50,780 nucleotides of DNA from a virus (Duplodnaviria > Caudoviricetes). The stretch is taken from positions 1-50,780 of the IMG/VR virus record IMGVR_UViG_3300026097_000031, one strand, 5' to 3'. The notes under the pieces are model-generated. The model had not been told where the DNA came from. It saw only the letters and a list, made by a program, of their open reading frames with translations, and ran no database searches. Every line of letters begins with the position of its first letter. Position 1 is the stretch's first letter. The position numbers were made by a program, and so were the translations under genes. This document shows, in pieces, positions 20,101 through 27,121 of this stretch.

Positions 20101-20922
20101 GCTGCGAGAGTTAGATTCCCTCGCCAGGTTCCGGCGAGAATCCTCAACTATCGCCTCATCGCCTTCCTCATTCCAGAAAGGCTGATTCAACGTACGGCCG
20201 ATAGTGAGCATTCCCGTTTGGCCGATAGTGATGTCGTTGTTCCACACCATGTCCCACGTGGAAGTGATGTCGTTCCATTGGAACCCGTCCTCTAGGTACG
20301 GGTTCAACTCCTGACCACCAGCAGTACCCAGGCCACCCATCGTGACCCCAGGTATCCCGACCTTCAAATTGTCGCCAGGTTTCGTGGCACCGCTCGCGAT
20401 AGCGGGAGCGTTCAGAAGCAAACCGAGAGTCGAACCGGCAGTATTGAAAACACCATACGATGCTTCGATACCCATCATTGTTCCCATGACAGGTTCAGCA
20501 AAATTGTTAGCGACGAAACCGGAACCAACATCAGGGTTACCAGCATTAGCAATATTCTCTAGAGCCCGCCGCGACTCAACAGACCCATCCTTGGGAACCT
20601 GGTTGATCTGGTAGACACCAAGAGCATCAGCGGCAGCCTGACCAATCATCCCCGGAGCGCCACCAAGGTTCGAAACACCAACTGCCATGCCACGCAGCCA
20701 ACCGACAAAACCGTCGCCGCCACCCATGTCACGCAAATACTGCGCAGCCTGAGCGTTACCACTAGGACCATACTGGCGTTCCCGCTGACGCTGCTCATAC
20801 TTACGACGCGTCTCCGCGAACTGCTCCGGAGACTGCGGCGTAACCGACGCACGCCACTCCTCAACCGGACTACCAGCACCCTCATTAGCGCGCAGCAACT
20901 GCTGCGGAGAAAGATTAGCCAC
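11155..20922 (-). CDS. Giant polyvalent internal virion protein with ParB-like, ADP-ribosyltransferase and kinase-like domains
   Basis: ~3255 aa; PIII..VLADGARRV (ParB/Srx); RVYR..YLSTS..YEQEIVLPRG (R-S-E ART); FYVK..DALIMNFD..GENM..FDNGASG (HipA/PI3K-like); likely GTG start at 20922. Confidence 0.85.
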   Translation of the reverse strand: MANLSPQQLLRANEGAGSPVEEWRASVTPQSPEQFAETRRKYEQRQRERQYGPSGNAQAAQYLRDMGGGDGFVGWLRGMAVGVSNLGGAPGMIGQAAADALGVYQINQVPKDGSVESRRALENIANAGNPDVGSGFVANNFAEPVMGTMMGIEASYGVFNTAGSTLGLLLNAPAIASGATKPGDNLKVGIPGVTMGGLGTAGGQELNPYLEDGFQWNDITSTWDMVWNNDITIGQTGMLTIGRTLNQPFWNEEGDEAIVEDSRRNLARESNSRSMYSANIGLSSEFDISDMRQLESATDQGWGRWISGGLDAAVAWWLAPEVLAFKVAGKGAQKLTTVWMTSLKDRTKARAQFELGKSFAETAGEAGRRTAIYDLSMEIAATPKTYMAQHEIALDSSNPALVADILGSTKTADEAFDSLMALGGDQDAIGRIAARMDEQTLDIGGKNFTALDALTYAQSRRAELLSEIEEVQRRKSITSPNTPGGLTPYFDNWLQRLNAQNDQLQKVVDEAQDILEPFDPIRTAVDFTTGVASGRGAVRISKLNVGKYGSMGTSRVQSQSRKARARYERITGENLWTSKAYQAGGTWGRTIRVFRGGASYMRTKRIRGWAEVRNARESLIEMESALTTNPLLRKLSRRPTSVADDALIDPVAGDWMPSAKRAINEKRDSMSPERWDEFVASGEFDAWVKQQRLETAVQFRDRFYNRVLSAPDEVSRWAAFDDFEKQMFMEMAEFYGLNFSQAENVLMGVNRMRNRIADQIRDRGWYWDQPSNEIHVVKDLQEKLKGTKFQSDLAEGKPLLDFRFIDQAFRINKGGLSGAASNVGMSATSILNTIDVIWRPLVLMRLGYTLRNVAESNLREMAYASQFPGYKNARGVASANDMKWVNLASNAADRLSNVKNFVVHGPMRYGTKGTMRALRESLDAESSALADRIRLSSQVKEKIAEEKAKSEAMIAQARRLSAIKVAREEAKRRQPGESVVWQRIEGKIERRRDFYDNVDEVLIDPALVQGLEEAGWVRGLPADDMFASIQRQTVDETIRDDFRVGGWLTQEDLNKFDSSPAGQARLQLTALSRWLDQTRGQAGIPVRVIDAQNGKYEVLHDPMAWFDENYLKGGNPETILNEINIIPENAIDSIRGARMQVGGGTLDLRPGGFGDNWNQVHMDPSVYWDELWQRLYQYSDVYTFSPVRDYPKMTRITDPLGGYGKYNDAIGYVKAGHLAEIFEDTLYNTVDTVDPVDFSRAAASEWTSPIIIDAFGDPSGYDGRMVLADGARRVLGAAQYNADEMVPVVIRLRSSKADDVFDKKFNDRGRPSFDLLRMHKDATRSYLKNGHINFQREVKESGSRFFNPRYFDPFWNENTSGVQPYMFDPMSQIETGLDEWQYFDGAPAWLDMETYLTDRPGVRMEANPPARLIVDIARTMKAAELDPVVRKQVELRLSDISDPQYVDWLREKGHLMDDTEFRDMVNALVPLDAEDSFDMLAQSIYRMNQYQVSGYDNVNGALWDGRPIDANDFAAPLITGMDYVTLNTHVVAGTKPMRVYRESGFPALEDSPTPAYLSTSTNPAFIGVDGTDYKYFLDVDPGVPYASFDRLIGNNYEQEIVLPRGVRLTKTGDEWNEAKGQSVPVYRVTLSEEDTALPVPTAAAWKAPTGQQPRVFPTMNERVQGQLGGYTYGRNSGVWTDTTGLQDFYVKDYDDPAQGFLEMFIDLDYSIAPVRRSSTMVKFADETPDRRFAYGSYMEDMSSYESVGQALARGLTEKEAQYLDRVLHTMIAEDALIMNFDALGPAGENMFLRTLDDGRVVLAKFDNGASGIYRAHGEIADWKVPGVAFDSILERARDNGYERLLRAVAQQRGYDYDDYVNLMRDRIANDLVTRIVREVEQGGPLGDRLYRYWDAWRMDAGADMGMMDSIQNLQNLFNDRMRQLMFQATEHQKRFGTHIQQSSATRNMDFVDRQMSAKLGRDEILSTPIGLRSGVLPMESRPAATLVNAIDDPSTITGSGITKELALEFARENGYGKVITPDFTAPRGYSMQLATDKVYNGGNNIDANYPGWMSEAAEEVNQEALQPGVFTIDETVERLGASQTDEAVREFASVIDDDLDVLLDENIKASMDGWVLDSEFPGDYLVFAATDDTYKQTLQTQLRNAGFDEQVVIARRGTPDSGAPYVNGSLDPRWQGRGYGQDDTMRYYVVRRGDIVAMGHSNEAEVFFRPGAATEITEESIPQLMPSKAPANEVGPVLDLVNADALEIARRTGLDVNTAPRVMEGMDIPEAAKARLAVQMANDGFDYVLLPNGKKLSQSELIGTRDAGAAYGAALAQDEVDRAAQVMLAKSDRYIETNTKIQDLESQARSLDSQVAERQANVDKALERLNNRMTKRKKTGGAIWSGGQLNEKLKYTTKTPNGDFEQSEVEIPSAFGEQASLWKQLISSNDRVAADMFGLADMTGRGMKMTQREMVLQPYTDEYWNGLANFGERHFSNDLIGEGILKGKTDDEIIQELFETDRGRSALRKLPDFEEFKDLVSRETLTEGMRDDVVAILADRRSILDTYFPDELVQQAMLDPNKVVTADLLRSRIGPRPGLQPFLGNAVEYDKGLYKRAIGGIMRVIGTLPEDKLARSPFFRNRFRESMQQQVDNYAEQGFEEFTPQMLEDMARVAREESLITLRDNLYTIQRVSTFANAMRLILPFFPAWASAAKFWLYQVPKTRPENLVRYAMVDSAPDRAGWTVDDDNQRVSGPSSPTLAMVRKLGSSNASSIFFQVPEEDLGWFEDVIGPQSTVKIPKGSVDMMLQGEFPLIPTSSPLVSVPLSWFAAIRPDITSMIQSNGDFTFKLGNDEETIVTDGTLGEVLVSRAVPFGQPTREKDLIDAAVEQYAPAWAKRIITQFRGESSSQLASAAAEIHRTRMTDWDLNDRVGDPPKYKDAVQDAMQFQTFRSLVSATAPFSPQFQSKYQFYIDGWRSIQQQGFDEGWSLDEMEAVFIERYGKEFFRYTRSKSGNQSGMAADLGEYEAATKFEPLVGELAAIGPDAKYINMVLKPFNTGEGFDPNVYAWQMDRPIPGSGGRTFRGGAAESLLETDSRIELGWKKYNAEVTRIEALAEQRGSSTDVINLAKRKIVAKMAQSEEFQPWYAEFQEVNGGRWVNSVNALYLVLNDEDFMREYGPPEDTPYTEMNRQQQYVYAIQEFVTIRNWVVEKLEEAAANGGSGNIDAKSNAALKRVVEQRVSNIGDINDDFRYMHRRFFSGDKYLRTEDLVEVSNG

Positions 20923-21070
20923 CCTGCTCACCAGCCAAAAACGCCAAAACCGTATCCCGGTCCTGCGGCGATTCCCATTGCACCTGAGCCAAAGCGAAAA
21001 CAATCGGCGAATACGTCAAACCAAGCGCATCCACGCCAGCAGCCACATTCTCAACAAAGTCAGCATTCAT
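20915..21070 (-). CDS. Small hypothetical protein (51 aa)
   Basis: MNADFVENVAAGVDALGL...; fills the gap and is coupled on both sides. Confidence 0.55.
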   Translation of the reverse strand: MNADFVENVAAGVDALGLTYSPIVFALAQVQWESPQDRDTVLAFLAGEQGG

Positions 21071-21517
21071 CTACTGCTGACCCCCATACGACTCCAAATA
21101 CTTCGTGAACAACTGAAACGAACGCGGCACGTTCTCCTGCTGCGCCAAAAAACGCATAGCAGGCAAATACTTCGCCATAACCTGCATGTCCTCAGCCATC
21201 ACATCAGTCAAACCCTGAAGACTGTTAGCGCCCTCACCAACCGGAACACCCTGAGTCAACGGTTCATTAGGACGCATCGACGGGTCACGCAAACCAGCAG
21301 GCGGAGCCATCGCAGGACCAGCACCAGCATCCATCATCGGGTCAGCGGCCATAGGCGCACCACCCTGAATCTCCTGAAAAGCCTTCTGCTCCCCGTAAGC
21401 AGCCTCACCCAGTTTCATGCGCGGCTGACCAGGGCCCCCATCAGTACGAGCCGACAACTGGCCAGGACCGGAAACAGGCGCAGGATTAGTGGGAATACGT
21501 TCACCACCTCTAGCCAT
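21071..21517 (-). CDS. Conserved-type virion protein
   Basis: MARGG..PAPVSGPGQLSARTDGGP; RBS GGAGG. Confidence 0.7.
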   Translation of the reverse strand: MARGGERIPTNPAPVSGPGQLSARTDGGPGQPRMKLGEAAYGEQKAFQEIQGGAPMAADPMMDAGAGPAMAPPAGLRDPSMRPNEPLTQGVPVGEGANSLQGLTDVMAEDMQVMAKYLPAMRFLAQQENVPRSFQLFTKYLESYGGQQ

Positions 21518-21773
21518 CTTCACCTACCTCCGAATCAAAAAACAAGTCATCAATTTCAGCCAACAACTCTTCATCTTCAACGTCACGCTGCAACGGGCCA
21601 ACATCAATCACGCCAGCATCAACAGCGGAATCAAGAGTGTTACGCCACACGTCATGCAACCGGTTCACCATGTCGTTAGCGACATCCGGCTGCCACGCAG
21701 AACCCTCAGAAACCAACACCGCATAAACCTCACCAACACCTACACGCATGATGATGTCTCGTGGCTGCGGCAT
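21510..21773 (-). CDS. Hypothetical protein
   Basis: 87 aa with acidic tail; operon position. Confidence 0.55.
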   Translation of the reverse strand: MPQPRDIIMRVGVGEVYAVLVSEGSAWQPDVANDMVNRLHDVWRNTLDSAVDAGVIDVGPLQRDVEDEELLAEIDDLFFDSEVGEDG

Positions 21774-21860
21774 CCCAAGTTTCCCTTCCAAAAAATATTT
21801 ACGACGCGACAGCAGGAGAGGCCACCTCACACGTGGCCTCTCCCACCATCAACACGACAA

Positions 21861-22064
21861 CTACTTGATCGGACCAACAGTCTTCGGTTGCGTAACCGTG
21901 ACCGTGTTATCCGGACGCTGCGGGAGGAACTCCAAGTTCCCACCCTGCGCTGGCGCGCCAGTCGGCATACCCGAATCAATCGGCTTAATGTCCTGCGGCG
22001 CGGAACGCGGATCAGGGAGGTTATGCCCACCCTTATTCGTAAGACCGAAATCAGCCTCGCTCAT
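21861..22064 (-). CDS. Hypothetical protein
   Basis: 67 aa; strong RBS GGGAGGAGG after the portal gene. Confidence 0.6.
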   Translation of the reverse strand: MSEADFGLTNKGGHNLPDPRSAPQDIKPIDSGMPTGAPAQGGNLEFLPQRPDNTVTVTQPKTVGPIK

Positions 22065-22078
22065 GTTCTACCTCCTCC

Positions 22079-23845
22079 CTATCCGATAGGTGCTTGCCGT
22101 AACGTCCGAACCGACGTTCCAGCGTTCCCACCCCCGGTAAGGGAGGCGAGCATCTGCTGCATGCCAGCAGGATTAGGGGCCCCACCCAAACCAGCGGCAC
22201 CCGGAGGCGCGCCGTCACCAGGAGGCGCAGGCTCACCCGGGGCAGGAACATCCGGCTCAGGTTCGGGTGGGGCAAAAGCAACCTCAATGGCCGCTTCAAT
22301 AGGAACACCCTTCTTACGCTGATCAATAAGCGATTGGACAGCCATCACAACTTTTTCTGGGTCTCCACCCTCAACAGCCATCGTGGGGATCGCTTGCGCA
22401 TAACCAGCGACAGCCTGCAAAGCAGACTCCCGCAGGCGTTCCACATCAATGACGCGCTCCTCTTCAAGCACGTCCATCTGCACCGGAAGATTCCGACGCA
22501 AATAAGACTTCGAAAACAAACCAGCACCCAAACCTTGCAAACCCCACACCAGGGCACGGTTCGGATCCAAACCAGCCATCACGCCATACTCAGCGGTCAC
22601 GCCACGCTCACCCTTAATAACATCCTTCGGGGTGTAACGCAGTTTGTACGGCGTACCATTCGTCACCGACGAAACCTCTTTACGCGTCGACGGCCACACC
22701 TTCTCATCCAACTCCAGGCACATCGACAACGCTTCCGCCATCGCATCACCCAACATTGATTGAGCAGTCTTAATCCGCTGATCAAAACCACCCATCAACG
22801 CCTGCACGCCACGACCAGTCACCACACTTGAATCGATCTGGCCAGCGCGAGCGTCCGGGAAACGAGAACCGAACTTCAACTCCTCATCAAGTTTGTTCTC
22901 CGTGATAAGTGAAGCCTGCGGCAAATCAAGACTGACCCTGCGGATACGTTCCGGAGTTTGAGAACGGAGGATCGCATCCGGACCGAAAGCCATCTCCTGT
23001 ACGTCTTGGGGGAGCGCTATTGGTGCTTCGACTGCTTTCTGGGTTGCCTCCAGCGAAAGTAACGCAAGTTTTGCTTTCGCTGCGAAAACCCACAGCACAT
23101 CATCAAAAGATCCACGCGGACTGTCATCGAGTGTGGGTCTTCCAGCAATAACAACAGGGATACGGTCGAGGCGGTTACCTACTGTGGAAAGAACAACTGC
23201 GTCTTCATCTGCGATGACGAGTCGTTCCGCTTCTTTATCCCAGTAGCGGATCATTTTGATCATGGGGTTTTCTTCGGTGCCCCATTCGCTTCGGCGTTCA
23301 AACCTGTAGGCATGTTCCGGGAACATTGCTGCTAGTTCGTTAGCGCGGCGGGAGAACACTCGCAGATAAGAGGTGAGGTTCCCGAAGCGGTCTTTAGTGA
23401 AGTAGGAACCCATCGGGTTGTCGAACTGCAGGTAGGGCGCTTGTGCCGTGTAGTCGGGTTCGACGCGGATGGGGAGGAATCCGTAGGTCATCATGCGGTC
23501 TGCGGCTTGCACGATGCGTGTTCCCAGCCGGGAGTGGTACACGTAATAGTTGATTATTTTGGTGAGTTTGTCGGCGCGGGAACGTCGTGATTCGTCCAGG
23601 ATGGAGTCGCCTGCTGCGGAGAATGTGGGCAGGGTGCCGATGGATTCGGCGAGGTCTTGGGCGACGACATCGATGGTGTTGGCGACGATGGGTTGCGGCC
23701 ATTCGCTGGGGAAGAGGGAGCCGTATAGGGCGCGTGCGTTGCCGGTGCGGACGAGTTGGACGGCACGCATGCGTGCGTCACGGTCTACGTTTTCACGTTC
23801 TAGGCGGTGCGACAGTTCGACCACGTCTTGCGCAGTTTCAGCCAC
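22079..23845 (-). CDS. Portal (head-tail connector) protein
   Basis: 588 aa directly after terminase; VANTIDVVAQD and TGRGVQALMGGFD motifs; Pro-rich C-terminus. Confidence 0.85.
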   Translation of the reverse strand: MAETAQDVVELSHRLERENVDRDARMRAVQLVRTGNARALYGSLFPSEWPQPIVANTIDVVAQDLAESIGTLPTFSAAGDSILDESRRSRADKLTKIINYYVYHSRLGTRIVQAADRMMTYGFLPIRVEPDYTAQAPYLQFDNPMGSYFTKDRFGNLTSYLRVFSRRANELAAMFPEHAYRFERRSEWGTEENPMIKMIRYWDKEAERLVIADEDAVVLSTVGNRLDRIPVVIAGRPTLDDSPRGSFDDVLWVFAAKAKLALLSLEATQKAVEAPIALPQDVQEMAFGPDAILRSQTPERIRRVSLDLPQASLITENKLDEELKFGSRFPDARAGQIDSSVVTGRGVQALMGGFDQRIKTAQSMLGDAMAEALSMCLELDEKVWPSTRKEVSSVTNGTPYKLRYTPKDVIKGERGVTAEYGVMAGLDPNRALVWGLQGLGAGLFSKSYLRRNLPVQMDVLEEERVIDVERLRESALQAVAGYAQAIPTMAVEGGDPEKVVMAVQSLIDQRKKGVPIEAAIEVAFAPPEPEPDVPAPGEPAPPGDGAPPGAAGLGGAPNPAGMQQMLASLTGGGNAGTSVRTLRQAPIG

Positions 23846-23929
23846 GTGGCTCCTTCCAAAGTGTTGCGTAAATGGTTCCTTCCTTGGTGTTTGTCAACGG
23901 GCCAGGTCATGTCCCTGACGTTGGAAGGT

Positions 23930-25804
23930 TTACGCGTATGTGGTTTGTTGTGTGAAGATTTCGTCTAGGTCGACGGTGTATTGGCGTTCCCGGTCCCCTT
24001 CGGAGCGGAACGGGTTCGCTGCGAAAGTGGCGCGGCCGGTGGATCGTGATGCGACCTCACGGGCGCGCAGTTCACAAAACCATAAAGCCATCACCGTGTC
24101 GCATTTGCGTTTCCGTGCTGGGATCTCCGGGTTCCAGGACACGAGTTCTTCGACGAGAACTTTCACGCCGTAGTTCTGTGTTGATGGCAGGTTGATCAGG
24201 TTGTCGCCTTGGTGTTTTTTTGTTCCTTGCACGGTGGCGGTTGATCCGAACAGTCCAGCCATGGATGCGACCCCGAATTCTGGGTCTTGCTTGTTGTTGC
24301 TGGTGTGGTGTGGTTTCACGACGATTCCCCGGTTGGCCATGTATTGGCCGATTTCCTCGTCGTACACGAGGAACCCTTGGAATGCGTTCGATTCAATCAC
24401 CCACTCTTTCGGCTGATATATCTCTGTCATGGAGTAGATCAGTTCGCGGATTTGCGCTGGGGTGGGGCCGGAGAGCACTTTCACGTCGAGTACGTATCGT
24501 TCCCCGGTTTGCCGGTCGATGCTGTAGGCGACGGCGGCGGTGTTCCCTGAGACCGCTGGGTCCATTCCGCATACGACATAGTGGCGGTCTGTTCGCTGCG
24601 GGTGCCCTTTCAGGTTCGCGTTCAACGGTCCCGCTTTGCGGTATCCGTTGACGGAGCCGTTCACGGCGACAATGTCGAACGTGGCATCTTCGGCTATCGG
24701 GTTGTTCATGTAGACGAGGGACCATTTCTTCGCCCCGACCTCGTTGCGGACGCGTGCTAGGCGCGGGCCGGTCCAGCGGGGGTAGCGTCCGTTCTCGTCT
24801 GGTTCGTCGTTGTCGGCGAAGGGTTCATCAGCGACGGGCCACAGCGTGACCCAGTCTTCTGGTTTCTCTTTATATTCCAGGACTGCTGGCATGGACAGGT
24901 ATGTCCATGGCACGACTCCGTCGGTGTAATGCACCGGGTTGGTGAGTTCGCTGTACAAATCGACTGGGGCGACGCGGGTGCCGACGACGAGGAGTTGCCC
25001 TTTGGGGCCTAGCCGGGTGGCTACTTCCTGCACTAGCCATTCGCGTTGCCGTTCATGTTCGCCAGCGTTGGACAGGGTGACTACGTCGTCGAGGATGATC
25101 AGGTCGGCGCGGGCTCCGTAGATTTGGCTGGCGAAACCGATGGCTTCCAGGCTGGGGTCTTTCGCGTCGGTGTCGCGTTCTAGGTAGATCTTGTTCGCGG
25201 ACCATTGCTCAGCGGTCGCCCGGAACCCGTCTGCGGGTCCGAAGGCGACTTGCATGTTCGCGTACCGGGGATGGGTGAGTCGTTGTTTCACCGCGTACAC
25301 GATTTTGCGGGCTAGGTCCGCTGACTTCGAAATGATGATGACGGCAGCGTCGGGGTTCTTCAGGAGGGTGTAGGTGACGTAGCCGATGCTGATCGACATC
25401 GTCTTCCCATGGTTCGGCGGCACGTTTATGATCACGCGTTTGCTGCCGGAAGAACCTTCCTCATACGTCATCGACGGGTGAAGGAAACCAGGCGAGTCCC
25501 CGTTCAGAATGTCGACCACGTTCTGCATGTGCGGGTACACCTCGTTGCCCAGGTACTCAGCGGAGAACGCGGAGAACGACGGCATGTCCAAGTCCTGAAG
25601 GGACTTGTCTTTCTTCTGGGAGCGGATCTGATCGATCAGTTCCGCCCAGTCTTTGTTCTTCCGCCGCTGCTCCTCATACCAGGATTGTGAACGCCCAATA
25701 ACTTCAAGAGCGTTTTTGATGAGGTAGCGCTGACGCATCAAGTCAGCGAACTCATCCCGGAGTTCCTCCGGGGTGCGCATGTCGCGAGGTTTGAAATTAG
25801 CCAC
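23930..25804 (-). CDS. terL: Terminase large subunit (with N-terminal helical extension)
   Basis: Walker A PPNHGKT, GARADLIILDD Walker B, VGTR coupling motif, GMDPA nuclease, DTVMALW; GTG start at 25804. Confidence 0.93.
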   Translation of the reverse strand: MANFKPRDMRTPEELRDEFADLMRQRYLIKNALEVIGRSQSWYEEQRRKNKDWAELIDQIRSQKKDKSLQDLDMPSFSAFSAEYLGNEVYPHMQNVVDILNGDSPGFLHPSMTYEEGSSGSKRVIINVPPNHGKTMSISIGYVTYTLLKNPDAAVIIISKSADLARKIVYAVKQRLTHPRYANMQVAFGPADGFRATAEQWSANKIYLERDTDAKDPSLEAIGFASQIYGARADLIILDDVVTLSNAGEHERQREWLVQEVATRLGPKGQLLVVGTRVAPVDLYSELTNPVHYTDGVVPWTYLSMPAVLEYKEKPEDWVTLWPVADEPFADNDEPDENGRYPRWTGPRLARVRNEVGAKKWSLVYMNNPIAEDATFDIVAVNGSVNGYRKAGPLNANLKGHPQRTDRHYVVCGMDPAVSGNTAAVAYSIDRQTGERYVLDVKVLSGPTPAQIRELIYSMTEIYQPKEWVIESNAFQGFLVYDEEIGQYMANRGIVVKPHHTSNNKQDPEFGVASMAGLFGSTATVQGTKKHQGDNLINLPSTQNYGVKVLVEELVSWNPEIPARKRKCDTVMALWFCELRAREVASRSTGRATFAANPFRSEGDRERQYTVDLDEIFTQQTTYA

Positions 25805-25832
25805 GAAGTCTTCTTTCCCATCTGGAACCAGA

Positions 25833-25865
25833 GCGACGCTCCGGGGAGCCGGAGCGGAGCGTCGC
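25833..25865. repeat. 33-bp palindromic element (11-11-11), copy 1
   Basis: GCGACGCTCCG-N11-CGGAGCGTCGC; inverted copy at 42202-42234 with 1 mismatch. Confidence 0.85.
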
Positions 25866-26547
25866 CCCCGAAGTAGTCGAACCCGGAAAGGTTCGACAAT
25901 CAGCCAGGAGAGAGTTCCCTGCTCTCGACTGGCACCGCGTCGGTCTACCGACCGACTAGTAGTCGAGATAGGCATCTCGACAACACCGCCTTGTCCCCCG
26001 CCTGGGGGACAAACCGGACAAAGATACACCCCTGGCCTATATGAGGGACACCAAGGACTACGTAAGTAGGACTTGGTGGCCCTTCCAGGCCTTGCGGCCC
26101 TCCAGGGCCTACGTAGTGGAGCGAGTAGCGCCGCTCGCATCTAGGCGATGCTCGCTCCGTAGTGAGCGCTCTCACTACTAGTGAGCCCTCTGCAACCGCT
26201 TACATAGTCACGTTGCACGGCGTTTCACCCCCCACCGTTACCAAACCGTTACCAAGAACCCCCCGTAGCCCAACTAAACCCAGCCACCCAGCCACCACCC
26301 CCACCAAGGACCAAACAGCAAAATTTACCGGGGGATGGGGGTGTAGGGGGGCGCGCCGCCCCGCAAACAACCGGGGGTCAAACGTCCTAGTTTGTCCGAA
26401 TTTGTCCCGATTCGTGGTTACCGGGGCAACCGTGCTTCGCAATCGACCCGGGACCCCCCCCGGGGGGTGAGTCGGCAGACTCACTCACCCTGCCCTCGTG
26501 GCTTATGGGGGTGCTGTGTTGGGCCGGGTGGCTGCTGTGTATGGCGG

Positions 26548-26737
26548 TCGACATCGATGTCGATGTCGACTGGCAGTCGAGCCCGGATCCGGGCTCGACA
26601 CGGGTCGAGCGGGGATCGATGTCGGCTGTCGGTCGAGCCGGGATCCGGGCTCGACATGCTGTGGACATCGATGTCGATGTCGACTGGCAGTCGACTGCTG
26701 CGCGGTCGACGCGCCGTCGATTCGACATGGGTGTCGA
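26548..26737. repeat. TCGA-dense palindrome/direct-repeat array
   Basis: 18 TCGA in 190 bp; perfect 24-bp palindrome at 26576-26599 with a near copy at 26632-26655; 31-bp direct repeat at 26550-26580 and 26664-26694. Confidence 0.9.
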
Positions 26738-26766
26738 TTGTCTGTATCGTCTCCATTGCAAGCACC
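26722..26766 (+). promoter_or_regulatory. Putative early promoter with operator-like 13-mer at the start site
   Basis: TCGACA-17-TATCGT followed by CATTGCAAGCACC. Confidence 0.55.
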
Positions 26767-26792
26767 AAACAACAACCGATTGTGAGGCAATC

Positions 26793-27026
26793 ATGAACGC
26801 AACACCTACCGCTAGCCGCCCGTGGGATACCCCGGAATTCAACCCGGCCGGCCATAACGGCGGATGGATGGTCACGCTGCGCTGCTCATGCGGATGGCAG
26901 TACCGATTCGAGGCTGTCGATGTCGAGCAAGCGATCCAGGCGCACGAGGACCACGTCGATTCACAGTACGTCTTCGCCGGTCCTAACCGGCACGACGGAT
27001 CCATGTCGTGGACCCCGCTGTCATGA
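26793..27026 (+). CDS. Small early protein (CxC..HxxH metal-binding)
   Basis: RBS GAGG; CSCGW..HEDH. Confidence 0.6.
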   Translation: MNATPTASRPWDTPEFNPAGHNGGWMVTLRCSCGWQYRFEAVDVEQAIQAHEDHVDSQYVFAGPNRHDGSMSWTPLS

Positions 27027-27104
27027 GGCGAAACACAGCAGCCCGCACCCGGGCTGCTGTGTCGACCCGGACTGTCCGCCCGGGTCCTGATGAGCCAAGG
27101 ACAG
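27027..27104 (+). ncRNA. Type II hammerhead ribozyme 1
   Basis: GGC-GAAA-stem III-GTC(27061-63)-GACCCGG/CCGGGTC-CTGATGA-GCC; loop CTGTCC pairs with downstream GGACAG. Confidence 0.9.
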
Positions 27105-27121
27105 ACATGAGAGGAATCACC

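Noticed and set aside
3180-22759. Many long plus-strand ORFs (e.g. 3180-4214, 12139-13101, 17440-18291)
   Set aside because: Antisense shadows of high-GC, skewed minus-strand genes with no recognisable motifs.
23846-23929. Bypass element or riboswitch between terminase and portal
   Set aside because: Both genes look complete. Only a weak CTTCCAA/TTGGAAG pairing and a lone TTGACA are present, which is insufficient support.
25805-26140. N-terminal 112 aa of the 736-aa terminase ORF
   Set aside because: Low-complexity translation of palindromic non-coding DNA; GTG at 25804 is the more plausible start.
26387-27004. Overlapping ORFs with VDIDVDVD / STSTSMST repeats
   Set aside because: These are by-products of the TCGA palindromic array, open in several frames on both strands with no RBS.
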